Shown piece by piece: positions 1 through 10,100 of a stretch of DNA of 64,000 bases (positions within the stretch are counted from its first letter, which is position 1; every line of letters begins with the position of its first letter). The notes beneath the pieces were generated by a model. The model was given only the letters and a program-made list of their open reading frames with translations, did not search any database and was not told the DNA's origin. The DNA is taken from the IMG/VR virus record IMGVR_UViG_3300025133_009608, positions 1 to 64,000 of that record. The stretch is one strand, 5' to 3'. A program made the translations under genes and the position numbers.

Positions 1-496
1 CGGAGAGGAACATGTGAGTTGCGAAATCTGACGTGACTTCGGTATTAAATACTTCATAAAAAGACTTTGCGGTATCAAAGGTTCCGCCGAATGCCTTTTC
101 AAGATCCCACATCCCTCCTTCGAGTTCGCGGATTGGCTTCGAAAACGAGTCTAATGTGTTTATATATCCCTGTGCCGCCTCTGAGGCGATTCTTGTTGCC
201 GAGCCGAGAGCATTAACAACGTTCTTTACAAGACCGAGCGGGGCAGAAGCAGCACCGCCGAGGAGTGGAACCGCATTTATAATCGATTCCATCTGCCCGG
301 TTAAATCTGCTATGCTTTTTGCCGTGCCAGCAAGGCCATCAGTCAGAAGGCCGAGACCATTACCCGTCTCGATACCGGCCCTAGATAGGGATTCCAAGCT
401 CTGCGACAGTGTCTTTACGGCAGTAGTGGTCCTTGTCGCCGAAGCGCCCATGCCATCGATTACTTCGCCTGTAGTGGTCCCGCTTCCATCGGCCAT
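1..496 (-). CDS. Probable tape measure protein, N-terminal part (partial, not in ORF track)
   Basis: ATG at 496. The frame is open to the window edge by hand translation (MADGSGTTTGEVIDGMGASATRTTTAVKTLSQSLESLSRAG...). It is A/G/S/T-rich and helical, and directly follows the tube and chaperone genes. Confidence 0.6.
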   Translation of the reverse strand, partial: MADGSGTTTGEVIDGMGASATRTTTAVKTLSQSLESLSRAGIETGNGLGLLTDGLAGTAKSIADLTGQMESIINAVPLLGGAASAPLGLVKNVVNALGSATRIASEAAQGYINTLDSFSKPIRELEGGMWDLEKAFGGTFDTAKSFYEVFNTEVTSDFATHMFLS

Positions 497-498
497 AA

Positions 499-951
499 TT
501 AAATATCATCCTTTATTGCACTTAATAATCCAGAGATATCCCCCGGAAGAGAGGCCCCCCTTCCGGAGCGAACGCTCCTGTCATCATTTGCTTTTAAATT
601 AGTATTTTTATACTTATCCTTTATCGCGGCAATAAGATCACGATCAAATAATTCTCCATCTTCAATTCTTTGCTCGAACTCAGAATCAGAATCAAATCGG
701 CCATCCTCCATTGATTCGCGGCGTTCGCGAATTTCCTTGACTGCCTCACTATTCCAAAATGAGGCCAGATACTCAACCATGCTTAATTCGTCTTTTCTTT
801 TTTCTGAGCGATCTTCATTTAAGCTGGCTGCATACCACAGTCTTTGGGCTCGATTCATATTCCTGAATCTTTCGTCATCAACGGTGCACTGCCATATTTT
901 GCACAAATTCCAGCGGAGCCAACTATCTGACCCCTCTGTTATTTTTTTATT
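499..951 (-). CDS. Tail assembly chaperone, T-like frameshift extension
   Basis: ORF 499..906 has only a TTG start. Its frame is open up to 951 (TGA at 952-954) and is the -1 frame of the A7 run ending the upstream gene. Confidence 0.65.
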   Translation of the reverse strand, partial: NKKITEGSDSWLRWNLCKIWQCTVDDERFRNMNRAQRLWYAASLNEDRSEKRKDELSMVEYLASFWNSEAVKEIRERRESMEDGRFDSDSEFEQRIEDGELFDRDLIAAIKDKYKNTNLKANDDRSVRSGRGASLPGDISGLLSAIKDDI

Positions 952-1430
952 TCATCGATCCCGAAGTCACTATTTGATCTAACGACAATTTTTTCGTATT
1001 CTTGATATAATTTATCAACCAAAATTGACTGCCATCCTGAAATGACCTCATTTCTTATATCGTATACATCCAGATCCTCATCTCCGTCATATAGATCCTC
1101 CAATGGTGCCCCATTTACAGATTGGATCGCCCTTGATAATACTATTGGCTTAATCTCAGTAACACGACTTGTTCCATCTGCGGTAATAATCTCAGCGTAG
1201 ATATCCTTACTCTCCGTAGAGGTAAGGGTCGCCAAAGAAAATGTATATCCAGATATTACAACATCGCTCTGAAGCCTTCCGAGGAAGACGAGATCTTTTA
1301 GATCGCTAATTTTGGAAGAATCGGACTCTTCTGATACCGGCTCTAGAGTTTCTGAGCTGGCTTCTGAATTGTCCTGAGATTTTCTTGACTTAGAGCTTCC
1401 TCGCCCCACGGTCCCTGTTCGTCTTGGCAT
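939..1430 (-). CDS. Tail assembly chaperone (G-like)
   Basis: Lies between the tail tube and tape measure genes, has a good RBS (TAGGAGG), and ends ATA AAA AAA TAA. Confidence 0.65.
   Translation of the reverse strand: MPRRTGTVGRGSSKSRKSQDNSEASSETLEPVSEESDSSKISDLKDLVFLGRLQSDVVISGYTFSLATLTSTESKDIYAEIITADGTSRVTEIKPIVLSRAIQSVNGAPLEDLYDGDEDLDVYDIRNEVISGWQSILVDKLYQEYEKIVVRSNSDFGIDEIKK
942..948 (-). other. -1 ribosomal frameshift slippery heptamer A AAA AAA
   Basis: In-frame X XXY YYZ heptamer just before the stop. A -1 slip reads ...IKKITEGSDSWLRWNLCKIWQC into ORF 499..906. Confidence 0.65.
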
Positions 1431-1488
1431 GTTGCCTCCTAATAGGTAAATTCCAATATATATTCTACTGCTTAAGCTTCTTAATTAC

Positions 1489-1518
1489 AAAAAAAATGCC
1501 ACCTTTTTAGGTGGCATT
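1489..1518 (-). terminator. Intrinsic terminator after tail tube gene
   Basis: 10-bp stem AATGCCACCT/AGGTGGCATT with a 4-nt loop, followed by a T8 tract on the minus strand. Confidence 0.85.
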
Positions 1519-1540
1519 AATTTGCAGGTTATCTAAGCCC

Positions 1541-2164
1541 TTATGAGTCAGAAAATGCTGCTTCAAAAATTCCGTTATAGTCCAGGGATCCCCTGCGACC
1601 ATCAATTCCTGCATCTGCATTCATCTCTACATCATCCTTATCTGCATTAACCTGTCGGAGTCCCTCAATTGGGCCAGAGCGACCGACGGCATCATCTGCA
1701 CGTGCGGTAGACATGTACTCTGCGGATACCTGGGCATCCTCTGTGATTACATAATCTGTAGCGTTATAGGCCTTTCCAAGTGAAGTAAACCAACAATTAT
1801 GGTATGTAGTTACAATCCAGTCAGAATCATTTGAGCTAGAAAACTTATCTATTACAACGATATCAAATGGAATTCTTTGTGCTGCGATATTTCTAAATCC
1901 TCTAGAAAAGGCCTCAGTAAGAGAAAGTCCATCGAATACGATTCTATTTAGTGTCAAAGAAATCTTTGTCTGTGATTGCGGAACTATTTCAATAAATCCG
2001 TCTGTACCAACCTCTCCAATCTCTTTCGCAGCTCTCGTCTGACTCTCCTTGAATGATTGGACAGCACCAACCGGTGTGCCATTTACAAGAATAGCAATCT
2101 GGGTCGATAAGCCTGTTCTGGTTTTGGAATCTAAAATACTTCCAGTGTTTGGGTAATCTGCCAT
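1541..2164 (-). CDS. Tail tube protein
   Basis: 207 aa, immediately downstream of the sheath gene. Beta-rich tube-like pattern (ILVNGTPVGAVQSF...ISLTLNRIVFDG...YHNCWFTS). Confidence 0.75.
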   Translation of the reverse strand: MADYPNTGSILDSKTRTGLSTQIAILVNGTPVGAVQSFKESQTRAAKEIGEVGTDGFIEIVPQSQTKISLTLNRIVFDGLSLTEAFSRGFRNIAAQRIPFDIVVIDKFSSSNDSDWIVTTYHNCWFTSLGKAYNATDYVITEDAQVSAEYMSTARADDAVGRSGPIEGLRQVNADKDDVEMNADAGIDGRRGSLDYNGIFEAAFSDS

Positions 2165-2177
2165 TATAATCTCCTAA

Positions 2178-5100
2178 TTATAGAACCCCAACCTCTATGT
2201 CGATAAAGACATAGTTGATTGGATAGGCGGGGGTAAATCTCAAGAATACGTTAATCTGCCTAGGATCAACTTTATCTCTTTCTATTGAGACATCTTGGTA
2301 ACTAGAGACAAGCCCCTGACTGATAAGAGCCGCCATTACTCCTCTAACTCTTGCTCCAACTAGAACATTTGTATTTTCATCCTGAACCTTTCCGAGAAAG
2401 CCCTTTAGGGACTGGCGAAGCGTCTGCTTCACTCTATCTCGAATAAACATTACAGAGATCTCTTCGTCCTCTACAAAGCCCGTTCCGGAGGTTGTACGGC
2501 CAGCGAGAATCTTTCCACCGCCAGTAGCCGGAGTAACAACTGTTGCTCCAACATTTCCTAACGCATTTGCAGTAACCTCTCTGAGCATCTTATCTCTAAG
2601 GATTGAGAATCCAGAAAGAGTCTTATATGTCAGCGGAATAGCAACGTTCTGAGTTGCCGACAGGCGCCCAGCGGCAGCTGCCGCCATGTAAAATCCATGA
2701 ACCATAGTATTGGTTCCATTTATATTACGAACAACCTCGTCGGGCCAAAAATACACTGCGCGATTACTGGTATAATTATCATTAAGCTTATAGTTTACAA
2801 GGTCCTCGGTATTCCCATCGAGAATCTCCTCTGGATCATCCCCCTGTATTCCTTCGATAATTCCAATATCTTCTACTGCAACCTCTTCTTGTCCAATTAG
2901 TGCGGCAGAAGTGACCCCTCTCTGGGCTCCTATCAGTGCCATCCGCTCTTTTCTATTTGCAATAGTGCTCATATTTTCGCAATGATTAACAGTTGCTCGA
3001 AAAATTGAAGACATTGATTGCCTCGGAAGAGGAACTACAATCTGGGCGTCGTGAGCCTCGAGAATCTCAAGTGCATCAAACCAATTTGAATCAAAATAAT
3101 CTGCATCATTTTCATCAATATATGACACCCTAATTCCATCTCCTTTTTGCAGAATTCCGCTTTCTACCAGATCACTGTGCAAAAGAATGGCGGCATCAAC
3201 GTTTGTTGTATCTTCGGGATTTCTCACGAAGAACTGGACATCGACGAACGTCTCCATGCCGAGGTCCATGTCGCCGACACTAACGTATACCTTTCCGTCA
3301 TCTGAGACCGAGCTTATAGTAAGAACGGTAGAGGCGCCTTCATCGGCGATATCATCCTCAGATGAAAATACAGTACCTGCCTCACTTTCCATGCTCGTAA
3401 CTACAATCTCCGAGCCTACATGATCAGCGTCGAAATCAAACTCCAGCGTCTTAAAGTATATCGCAGGAACTCCTGTTGCCGAATCTACACCAAGTTCTCC
3501 GTTAATTCCATCTCCAAGAATGTCGAATCCAGTATTTACAATAGTATATGAAAAAGCATAATCAGAATTTCCTATAAAATCTAACTGCATAACTTCGGAT
3601 TCAAGCTGAGAATTATAGAAACCAACTTTATTTGGAAACAATTGCGTCTCTTTTCCGTCTCTTATAATGAATATATTCACAGAAGAATCTGCATCTGGCT
3701 TTCCAGCCCGAAGCCCCGATACCGGAAGAGGAATGTTCAGCATGAGATCATCAACCTCACAGTCCGCCGCAGCACACCCAGAGAACCCGCCGGTCCCATT
3801 GGCGTCAACTTCTTCGAGAAGAGTTACGGACGTTCTTCTGGGAACAGGTGGCTTGCATTGAATCGCCAAAACTCCAGGAGCTCCATTTTCAAACGCCATC
3901 TGAGCGCCCAGAGCCAAAGTATTGTCTGCGCCAGGAGCGCCATGCTTCGTCTGCAGATCGTTTGCACTAGTAAAAAATTCAGGATCATTAAGATCTGTTT
4001 CTGCAATATATTTTGCAATCAACTGATCGCCGGTACTTAGAACTCTTGAGTCAACATCAACATAGAAGCGGTCGCCGACCTCGAACGGGACGGTTCCTTC
4101 TTGAATTCCCATAACTAAAACACCGTTTGTCTCCAGCATATGAAAATCTTTGCCGCTCTCAGCGAGGCCATCGGCATCGCCCTCAGCCCCTGGAAATCCA
4201 GAATCCTCGTCGTCTATTGCATGGACTCTGAGCCTTCGAGATGAAGTGACTTTCGATACTCGGTATAGGCCGGCAGCATCATCCCCGCAGAGTGCCACGA
4301 TCTTTCCCTCATCCGCGCTAGAAAATGAGCCCTCGCTAACTGGAGCGCCCGTGACATCATCGTGAGATACTGTGGGGTCATCAATTAAAAGGTTTGAAGC
4401 TCTAATTTCCCAGTTGGAAATGGTCTCATCGCCAGCGGAGGCAATCGAAAAGCTATCCGTTTCAAGAGTTATGGTTGTTTCATTATCTTCGGAAGAATAT
4501 TCTATATCTTCAATTTCAACCCCGACGTATCCGTCAACGCAAAATGTATCGCCGACGATGGCCTGGCCGTGAGTTACAAGATCCCCAGAAAGAATAAAGG
4601 TATCCGTTGTTGTCGCAGAGCTATCATCAGCCGCGAGAGTCGCAACTCCCGAACCGTGCATAACCGCAGAAGCAACAATTACACCATCCAAACACGGCTC
4701 TGCGCTTCCGGATATCGCACCAGCACTGCTTGTATAGTAAGAACTATGAAACAAATGTGGGGCACCAGAATCATCTAGAATTTGCCCAGAAACGGCACCA
4801 GACAGTGTGAAAACTGCCATTCCAGGAATTGGATCTCCCGTTGAATCTCTAGTGACACTTACGCACTTTGCAGTCCAACGCTCAGATGGAGTGTTTCCAT
4901 CTTTAATCGCCAGAATGTTATCAACAGTACTGCAGACGCCCTCTACGATTATCCCGTTGCCAGTATTGCCGGCTCCGGCTGAAAATCCAGATCCGCCCTG
5001 GTCGCCTATTGATGCGGTCTGAAGCTCGATAACTCCAGTCTCAGTATCTATTCTGTAGTCAAACTTGGAGTCGAAACTATTAGAATCAATTTCATCCTGC

Positions 5101-5390
5101 TGTCCGAACAGAAGCGAGCCGTTCAAGCGGACCTCTGTTCTTCCGCTTACTATCGGATAATTCCTAAGTCGAAAAAACCTTCCCTCTCCAGAGCCTGTTG
5201 GGCTCGCGGCTTTACTTCCATCATTTCCCTCACCGTTTGCAGATGAAACGAGAACCTCCTCTCGAAGCCCCTCTCCCAGGATTGAGACGAGTCTAAGGCC
5301 ACCCGGAAGGGATACTCCCTTAGAAACGACGCGATCTCTGGCGAAAGTGCCGGGCTGAATGTAACCTGATATTCCTGGTATGTTAGCCAT
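2178..5390 (-). CDS. Contractile tail sheath protein with large inserted domains
   Basis: N-terminus MANIPGISGYIQPGTF. The C-terminal sheath domain (AAAAAGRLS...LTYKTLSGF...EISVMFIRD...INVFLRFTPAYPINYVFIDIEV) is typical of sheath proteins. Confidence 0.85.
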   Translation of the reverse strand: MANIPGISGYIQPGTFARDRVVSKGVSLPGGLRLVSILGEGLREEVLVSSANGEGNDGSKAASPTGSGEGRFFRLRNYPIVSGRTEVRLNGSLLFGQQDEIDSNSFDSKFDYRIDTETGVIELQTASIGDQGGSGFSAGAGNTGNGIIVEGVCSTVDNILAIKDGNTPSERWTAKCVSVTRDSTGDPIPGMAVFTLSGAVSGQILDDSGAPHLFHSSYYTSSAGAISGSAEPCLDGVIVASAVMHGSGVATLAADDSSATTTDTFILSGDLVTHGQAIVGDTFCVDGYVGVEIEDIEYSSEDNETTITLETDSFSIASAGDETISNWEIRASNLLIDDPTVSHDDVTGAPVSEGSFSSADEGKIVALCGDDAAGLYRVSKVTSSRRLRVHAIDDEDSGFPGAEGDADGLAESGKDFHMLETNGVLVMGIQEGTVPFEVGDRFYVDVDSRVLSTGDQLIAKYIAETDLNDPEFFTSANDLQTKHGAPGADNTLALGAQMAFENGAPGVLAIQCKPPVPRRTSVTLLEEVDANGTGGFSGCAAADCEVDDLMLNIPLPVSGLRAGKPDADSSVNIFIIRDGKETQLFPNKVGFYNSQLESEVMQLDFIGNSDYAFSYTIVNTGFDILGDGINGELGVDSATGVPAIYFKTLEFDFDADHVGSEIVVTSMESEAGTVFSSEDDIADEGASTVLTISSVSDDGKVYVSVGDMDLGMETFVDVQFFVRNPEDTTNVDAAILLHSDLVESGILQKGDGIRVSYIDENDADYFDSNWFDALEILEAHDAQIVVPLPRQSMSSIFRATVNHCENMSTIANRKERMALIGAQRGVTSAALIGQEEVAVEDIGIIEGIQGDDPEEILDGNTEDLVNYKLNDNYTSNRAVYFWPDEVVRNINGTNTMVHGFYMAAAAAGRLSATQNVAIPLTYKTLSGFSILRDKMLREVTANALGNVGATVVTPATGGGKILAGRTTSGTGFVEDEEISVMFIRDRVKQTLRQSLKGFLGKVQDENTNVLVGARVRGVMAALISQGLVSSYQDVSIERDKVDPRQINVFLRFTPAYPINYVFIDIEVGVL

Positions 5391-5437
5391 TAAAAATTCC
5401 TCCGAACCTTGCTTTTAATTCCTAAATGAATCACTTA

Positions 5438-5446
5438 TTATTAGTA
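5438..5446 (-). promoter_or_regulatory. Candidate late promoter TACTAATAA upstream of sheath
   Basis: The motif recurs about 10-70 nt upstream of many structural genes (see finding). Confidence 0.5.
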
Positions 5447-5458
5447 GTTTAAAACTTA

Positions 5459-6265
5459 TCACTCTATCTCGGCCATATCTATAATTTCCTTATAGGATTT
5501 GGCCAAAAGATCTGACTCATCTTTAACTCCAGGAATTGGATGCCAAGATGGCTCAAATCTAAATACAATTTTTTCAACAATATTTTCTATGGGGATCTCA
5601 ACTCGCCACTCGGATAAAGTGGAAATTGTTATGTTCTGACTGTATACGTAATCATTAGCATATGGCTCTGCGGATTCTGCACCAATGCTAAGGCCCTTTA
5701 TAAAAAGTCCATTTTCACGAAGCTCATTCCACAAAGAATACTGCAATGCTATGGATGTAATATCTACCAACTCCTCCAACTCACTGTAGCTTTCCGAATG
5801 AATTTGAATGTCAAAAGATAATTCCCACCGACCGTCATAGACCCTATGAGACGGCGTCGATACGGCCCGCCTTGCTCCGTAATCATTTTCAATATAATCT
5901 ACTCTATGTTTGTAGGTCATATTTTGATTAAAAGATATTGGCTTATAAGAACCGCCGCCGGATTTTATTACTATTGCCGGAAAGAACTTTACTTCATAAC
6001 GATACATATCGCTTATAAGTATCTTTGTTGTTTCTTCTGTATCCAAATCCTTCCCGGTCAGGTCTACTGTTAAGGGGAATCCGTACTCATCGTCTCTATA
6101 CGTAAATACAGAATCGGTTCTAAAGATCTTTCTTAGCCCATCAATTACTAGATTCTTTGGGTGTACGATCGCCACCTGCTGGATAACGTCATTGTCGCTA
6201 AAGAAACTAGAATAAACCCTATGATCTGCGTTTGTTCCGCCGGGAAGATTTTGGGCATCAATCAT
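5459..6265 (-). CDS. Putative tail completion / sheath terminator protein
   Basis: Located upstream of the sheath gene. Alpha/beta pattern YEVKFFPAIVI...WELSFDIQIHSES..ELEELVD resembles tail terminators. Confidence 0.5.
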   Translation of the reverse strand: MIDAQNLPGGTNADHRVYSSFFSDNDVIQQVAIVHPKNLVIDGLRKIFRTDSVFTYRDDEYGFPLTVDLTGKDLDTEETTKILISDMYRYEVKFFPAIVIKSGGGSYKPISFNQNMTYKHRVDYIENDYGARRAVSTPSHRVYDGRWELSFDIQIHSESYSELEELVDITSIALQYSLWNELRENGLFIKGLSIGAESAEPYANDYVYSQNITISTLSEWRVEIPIENIVEKIVFRFEPSWHPIPGVKDESDLLAKSYKEIIDMAEIE

Positions 6266-6274
6266 TTTTTATTC

Positions 6275-6634
6275 CTATTTTAACTCTCGAAGATGCGGCG
6301 GCAAATACTTTACATCCTCCACTTTTACGGCTTGTTCGCAAAAGTGTTTTATTTCAGACAAGTATTTGTCCAGGCTGTCTCGATCTCTCAAATCCTCATT
6401 TGAGATAATAATTGTCTTTTTAATTAATAACTCTGCAACTATTGCTCCCGTATTAGCAATATCTTCTTCATTGTGTAATAACGAAGAGGATATTATCTCA
6501 ATCGATGAGTTATCAGAAATAATGTTGACCTCCCTGCTTAGGTCTCTTTTTAGAAAGCTCGTTATCGTCGACATCGACCTCCTAAAAATATCGGACCGGT
6601 TTATTTTTGAGCTTAATATTTTAACTGAAAACAA
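6275..6634 (-). CDS. Hypothetical protein
   Basis: Tightly packed minus-strand ORF in the operon. Confidence 0.6.
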   Translation of the reverse strand: MFSVKILSSKINRSDIFRRSMSTITSFLKRDLSREVNIISDNSSIEIISSSLLHNEEDIANTGAIVAELLIKKTIIISNEDLRDRDSLDKYLSEIKHFCEQAVKVEDVKYLPPHLRELK

Positions 6635-6635
6635 C

Positions 6636-7124
6636 TTATTTTACCTCGTATTCGACTTGCGAATCCTCAAGAACGATTGTGCGATTTATGGGCTTGAACT
6701 TTTTATGCAAATATTCTACCCCATATCTCCCAGAAGGAAGCCTCGCATTCCAGTGGCCATCAATATTTGTCTTTAATGACCTAATAACTTCACTTCCATC
6801 TCCATATATATTAACCACAACATCGGGGATTGGCTGCTTAGATTTATTTACAATATACCCAAATGCCTTAATTTTTCCGACAATCAATGCTTGTACCTCT
6901 TTGGTATTAATATTCTCTTTCACCGGAGACTTTCCGACGGGTATGCCGGCGCTGGGCCTTGCGGACGATTGAGTGGTTGGCCTTATTTTTGATAGCTTAG
7001 AGACTTTGTTGTTTAATAACTTAATATTAGAATCCATAACATCCATTCTCTTTTCAATTCTGGATAACGTTTCTGTTATCTCGTAAATTGCGTCAATTGC
7101 CGACTGTTCTTTCTTTTTAGTCAT
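6636..7124 (-). CDS. Coiled-coil plus carboxypeptidase-regulatory-like beta-sandwich protein
   Basis: N-terminal heptads. C-terminal GYIVNKSKQPIPDVVVNIY...TNIDGHW...LPSGRYGVEY. Confidence 0.6.
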   Translation of the reverse strand: MTKKKEQSAIDAIYEITETLSRIEKRMDVMDSNIKLLNNKVSKLSKIRPTTQSSARPSAGIPVGKSPVKENINTKEVQALIVGKIKAFGYIVNKSKQPIPDVVVNIYGDGSEVIRSLKTNIDGHWNARLPSGRYGVEYLHKKFKPINRTIVLEDSQVEYEVK

Positions 7125-10100
7125 AATACATACTCGATTACATTTGATGTCTCTTGAATCCCGGTTTCATCGTATCCAGTGCCAAGAGTTGTACTATCGA
7201 TAAGAGAATAATCAGAGTGAATAGAACGCACTGAGCAATTTCCTGATATATTAATATTTCTATAATTATTTCCGTTATCCAAGAATATAACCCCAGTTGG
7301 AAGCCCAATTCCGTCAAAGTGGCACTCCGTTACGTGAATATTTTCAAAGTCACCATTATACTCATCGCCAATTCTTATTGGCATTTCATTGGGAACAGAG
7401 TTACCGGCGCTGGTTGGATGCGCAGAGTCAATTGAATAATTAGCCCCAGCAATAAATCGCACACCCCTTATTAGAAAGGAGGCTTTTGACGACTCCTCAT
7501 TGTGCAGCATCACAATAACTGAATCTGCAAGAGTAATCGTATCATCTCTGCCCAAATAAGTGAGATCGGATATTGTCACTCCCCCCTCGATACTATCCCC
7601 CGAAAATGCCCCTATTTCGAATATACTATTTTCAAAATATTTTGCATTAGCAGCGTCTGGGTGATACGAAGAGTGCCTAACTATCATAGTCCCCGGCCCC
7701 GAACCTGACACCTTTATGTCGAAATCCAAATTAATTGTAGCAGAAACATAAAACGTCCCCTCTTTTATCAAAACACTCGGAGCGCTCATTTCCGGAAACA
7801 TCTTAGAAAACTCACGGGAATAATCAACAGCGGCTTTTATATCTGTAAAATGTCCAAACCTTTGGTCATTTGCCACAACAATATCTCCGATAGCCTTATA
7901 ATCCATGTGGTCAATAAATAATCTAAGATCCAAAATACTAGCAGAACTAAGTTGATATTTGGCGATATGGGCAACCGACTGATTGGAAAACGGAGATAAC
8001 CCATTTGTCGTCTCAACTCCAGAGACAAGGCATCCTTCTGCAGAAAATGCTATATAAAAACTACCGGAATGCTCCAATATTAGGTCTTGAGCTCCAAAGA
8101 ACTCATGCCTGATTCCGTTCACAACAGCAACCCCGGGATTTACTTTTGCAGAAAAGGTTCCATCGCCATTATCAACAATCGATTCTAGATTCATTCCCCT
8201 AATTATCCCGCAGCCTCTGAGTTCATTTCTCGGACCCTGGATGTACCTCTCCAGGACTGACTCGCCTATTATTGTATGGTCTACAGTCCCTGTTGATCTT
8301 TTATCTATTAGCGCTGGGACTCCAATATCTTCCGCCAAACCCCCCAGCAATGCCGACCCCGATCTGTGGCCAAGAACCATCCCGAGGTTTGTAGAATAAG
8401 CTCCGCGACACAAATGCAGGACCGATGAAGCCGGCTCTGCAAATCCGGTGAGCTCTACCGCAACCGGAACAGATAGCTCGCCGCTTGCTCGGGTCCAAAC
8501 ATCTATAACCACAAATGACATGCCATCTGCAGATCTTATCTTATACCTGCCAGAGGCTCCCACGAAAACTGGGTCGCTTGTATTGGAATTTGGGTCTGTC
8601 AATGTGACATAAACTGGACCATCAGTAAAGTTTATTGTCGCAACATCTCCGTCGACAATAAACCCTTTAGATGCATCGATAACAACCGCCTCAAACGTCG
8701 ACTCCGACGCCTGTCCGTTAACCAGCATTCTTTTGTCGTAAAATACATCTCCATCCTCTGTGGTAAAAACATCAAATAAAATTGATCCATTTGAACCAAT
8801 TTCGTCAAACTCCATTTCACCGACCGGAGCCGAAGCTCTCATTATTGCAAATGAGGAGTTCTCGTCTAATGAGTCGGCGAACGTATAGTCAGAATGATCC
8901 AGAGCTATAGAATCCGGAAATACATTTTTTATTCGATACGTCCCATTGTCAGAACTATCGATTGCATCATTAATTATTGCCAAATCTCCTGCACGAACTC
9001 CCATCTTGTAAAAGCTTTCGTCTTCAGAGTTCAAATCAACGTTTGACGTTCCCGTTGATAATGACACTGACTCAGAATTTAACTCTATTATTCCACCAAA
9101 CCCGCTCAAAAGATAGCCGTTGATATGATGAGAGTTTCCTGTAGATCCCTCTATTTCTGTATCGACCAAATATTGCAACCCTATTTGTTCGGAACAATCA
9201 TTTGCCGCAGCTTCTTTTATTGTTATTGTTCGATTTTTACCGCCCGAGCGATTTGGAAGAACGTGGGCAATGGCCAGCTCATAGCACCCAAGAGAACGAA
9301 CCTTATATGCCATGACTCCAAGTCGATCACTTACCGCTGCGGAGTTTATCATGTTCACAATAGAATTTATCGTTTGCTGCCCGGTGGCACCGATTACTGG
9401 ATCATAAACGTCGATTTCAACTTCATTCCCATCGATGTCTATGGCTAACATATTTAATAGTTCAGTTATCTCAGAGGGGCGTATTCCGTACGATATTGCG
9501 GTTGCCGAATCTGGATTCGCAACAAAAATATCTGGAGTATTTGTCTTAAGATACCTGGGCCTAACACAGCAGTTCAATGCGTTTTCATTATACGGTCTAT
9601 AGATGTTTCTAGTTATAACCGCAGAAACTCCCGACTTAGAATCGCCCGTGGGACCACCGAATACGGTTACTGACTCAATTTTATCATCAACGTCCTTTGT
9701 GACGTCCGCGATTATATATTCTTTATCATCCTCAGGAAGCAAAGAGTCAAAAAGCGTTAGGGTGTCATACCTTCTTACTCCGTATAAATCCTCTTGAGGC
9801 GTAATAAACATTATCTCTTCGGTCGACTTTTCGGTCGGTCCAGTATAATTTACACTTGCGGCAGAAACAAGAGTAGAGCCAGCGGATGTCCCCTCGTTTG
9901 CGTCATATACAGACCCCGTCCTAATAATTCCATTTGAATTAAAGTTTAAATTAGCATTTCTAATTCCCTTGCTTTCAATTTCAACTAGATCTTCGATGGC
10001 GCCCTGGACGCTATCTGAAAAAATAACATCAGATGTGCCTGTTTTGTCGTAAAAGACCTGCCCGGCAGTGTGCGAATTATTTGTCTCTGATATATTATCT

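Noticed and set aside
1541-5390. Tailocin or contractile injection system on a bacterial chromosome
   Set aside because: Capsid, portal, terminase, protease, primase and recombinase are co-linear, so this is a phage.
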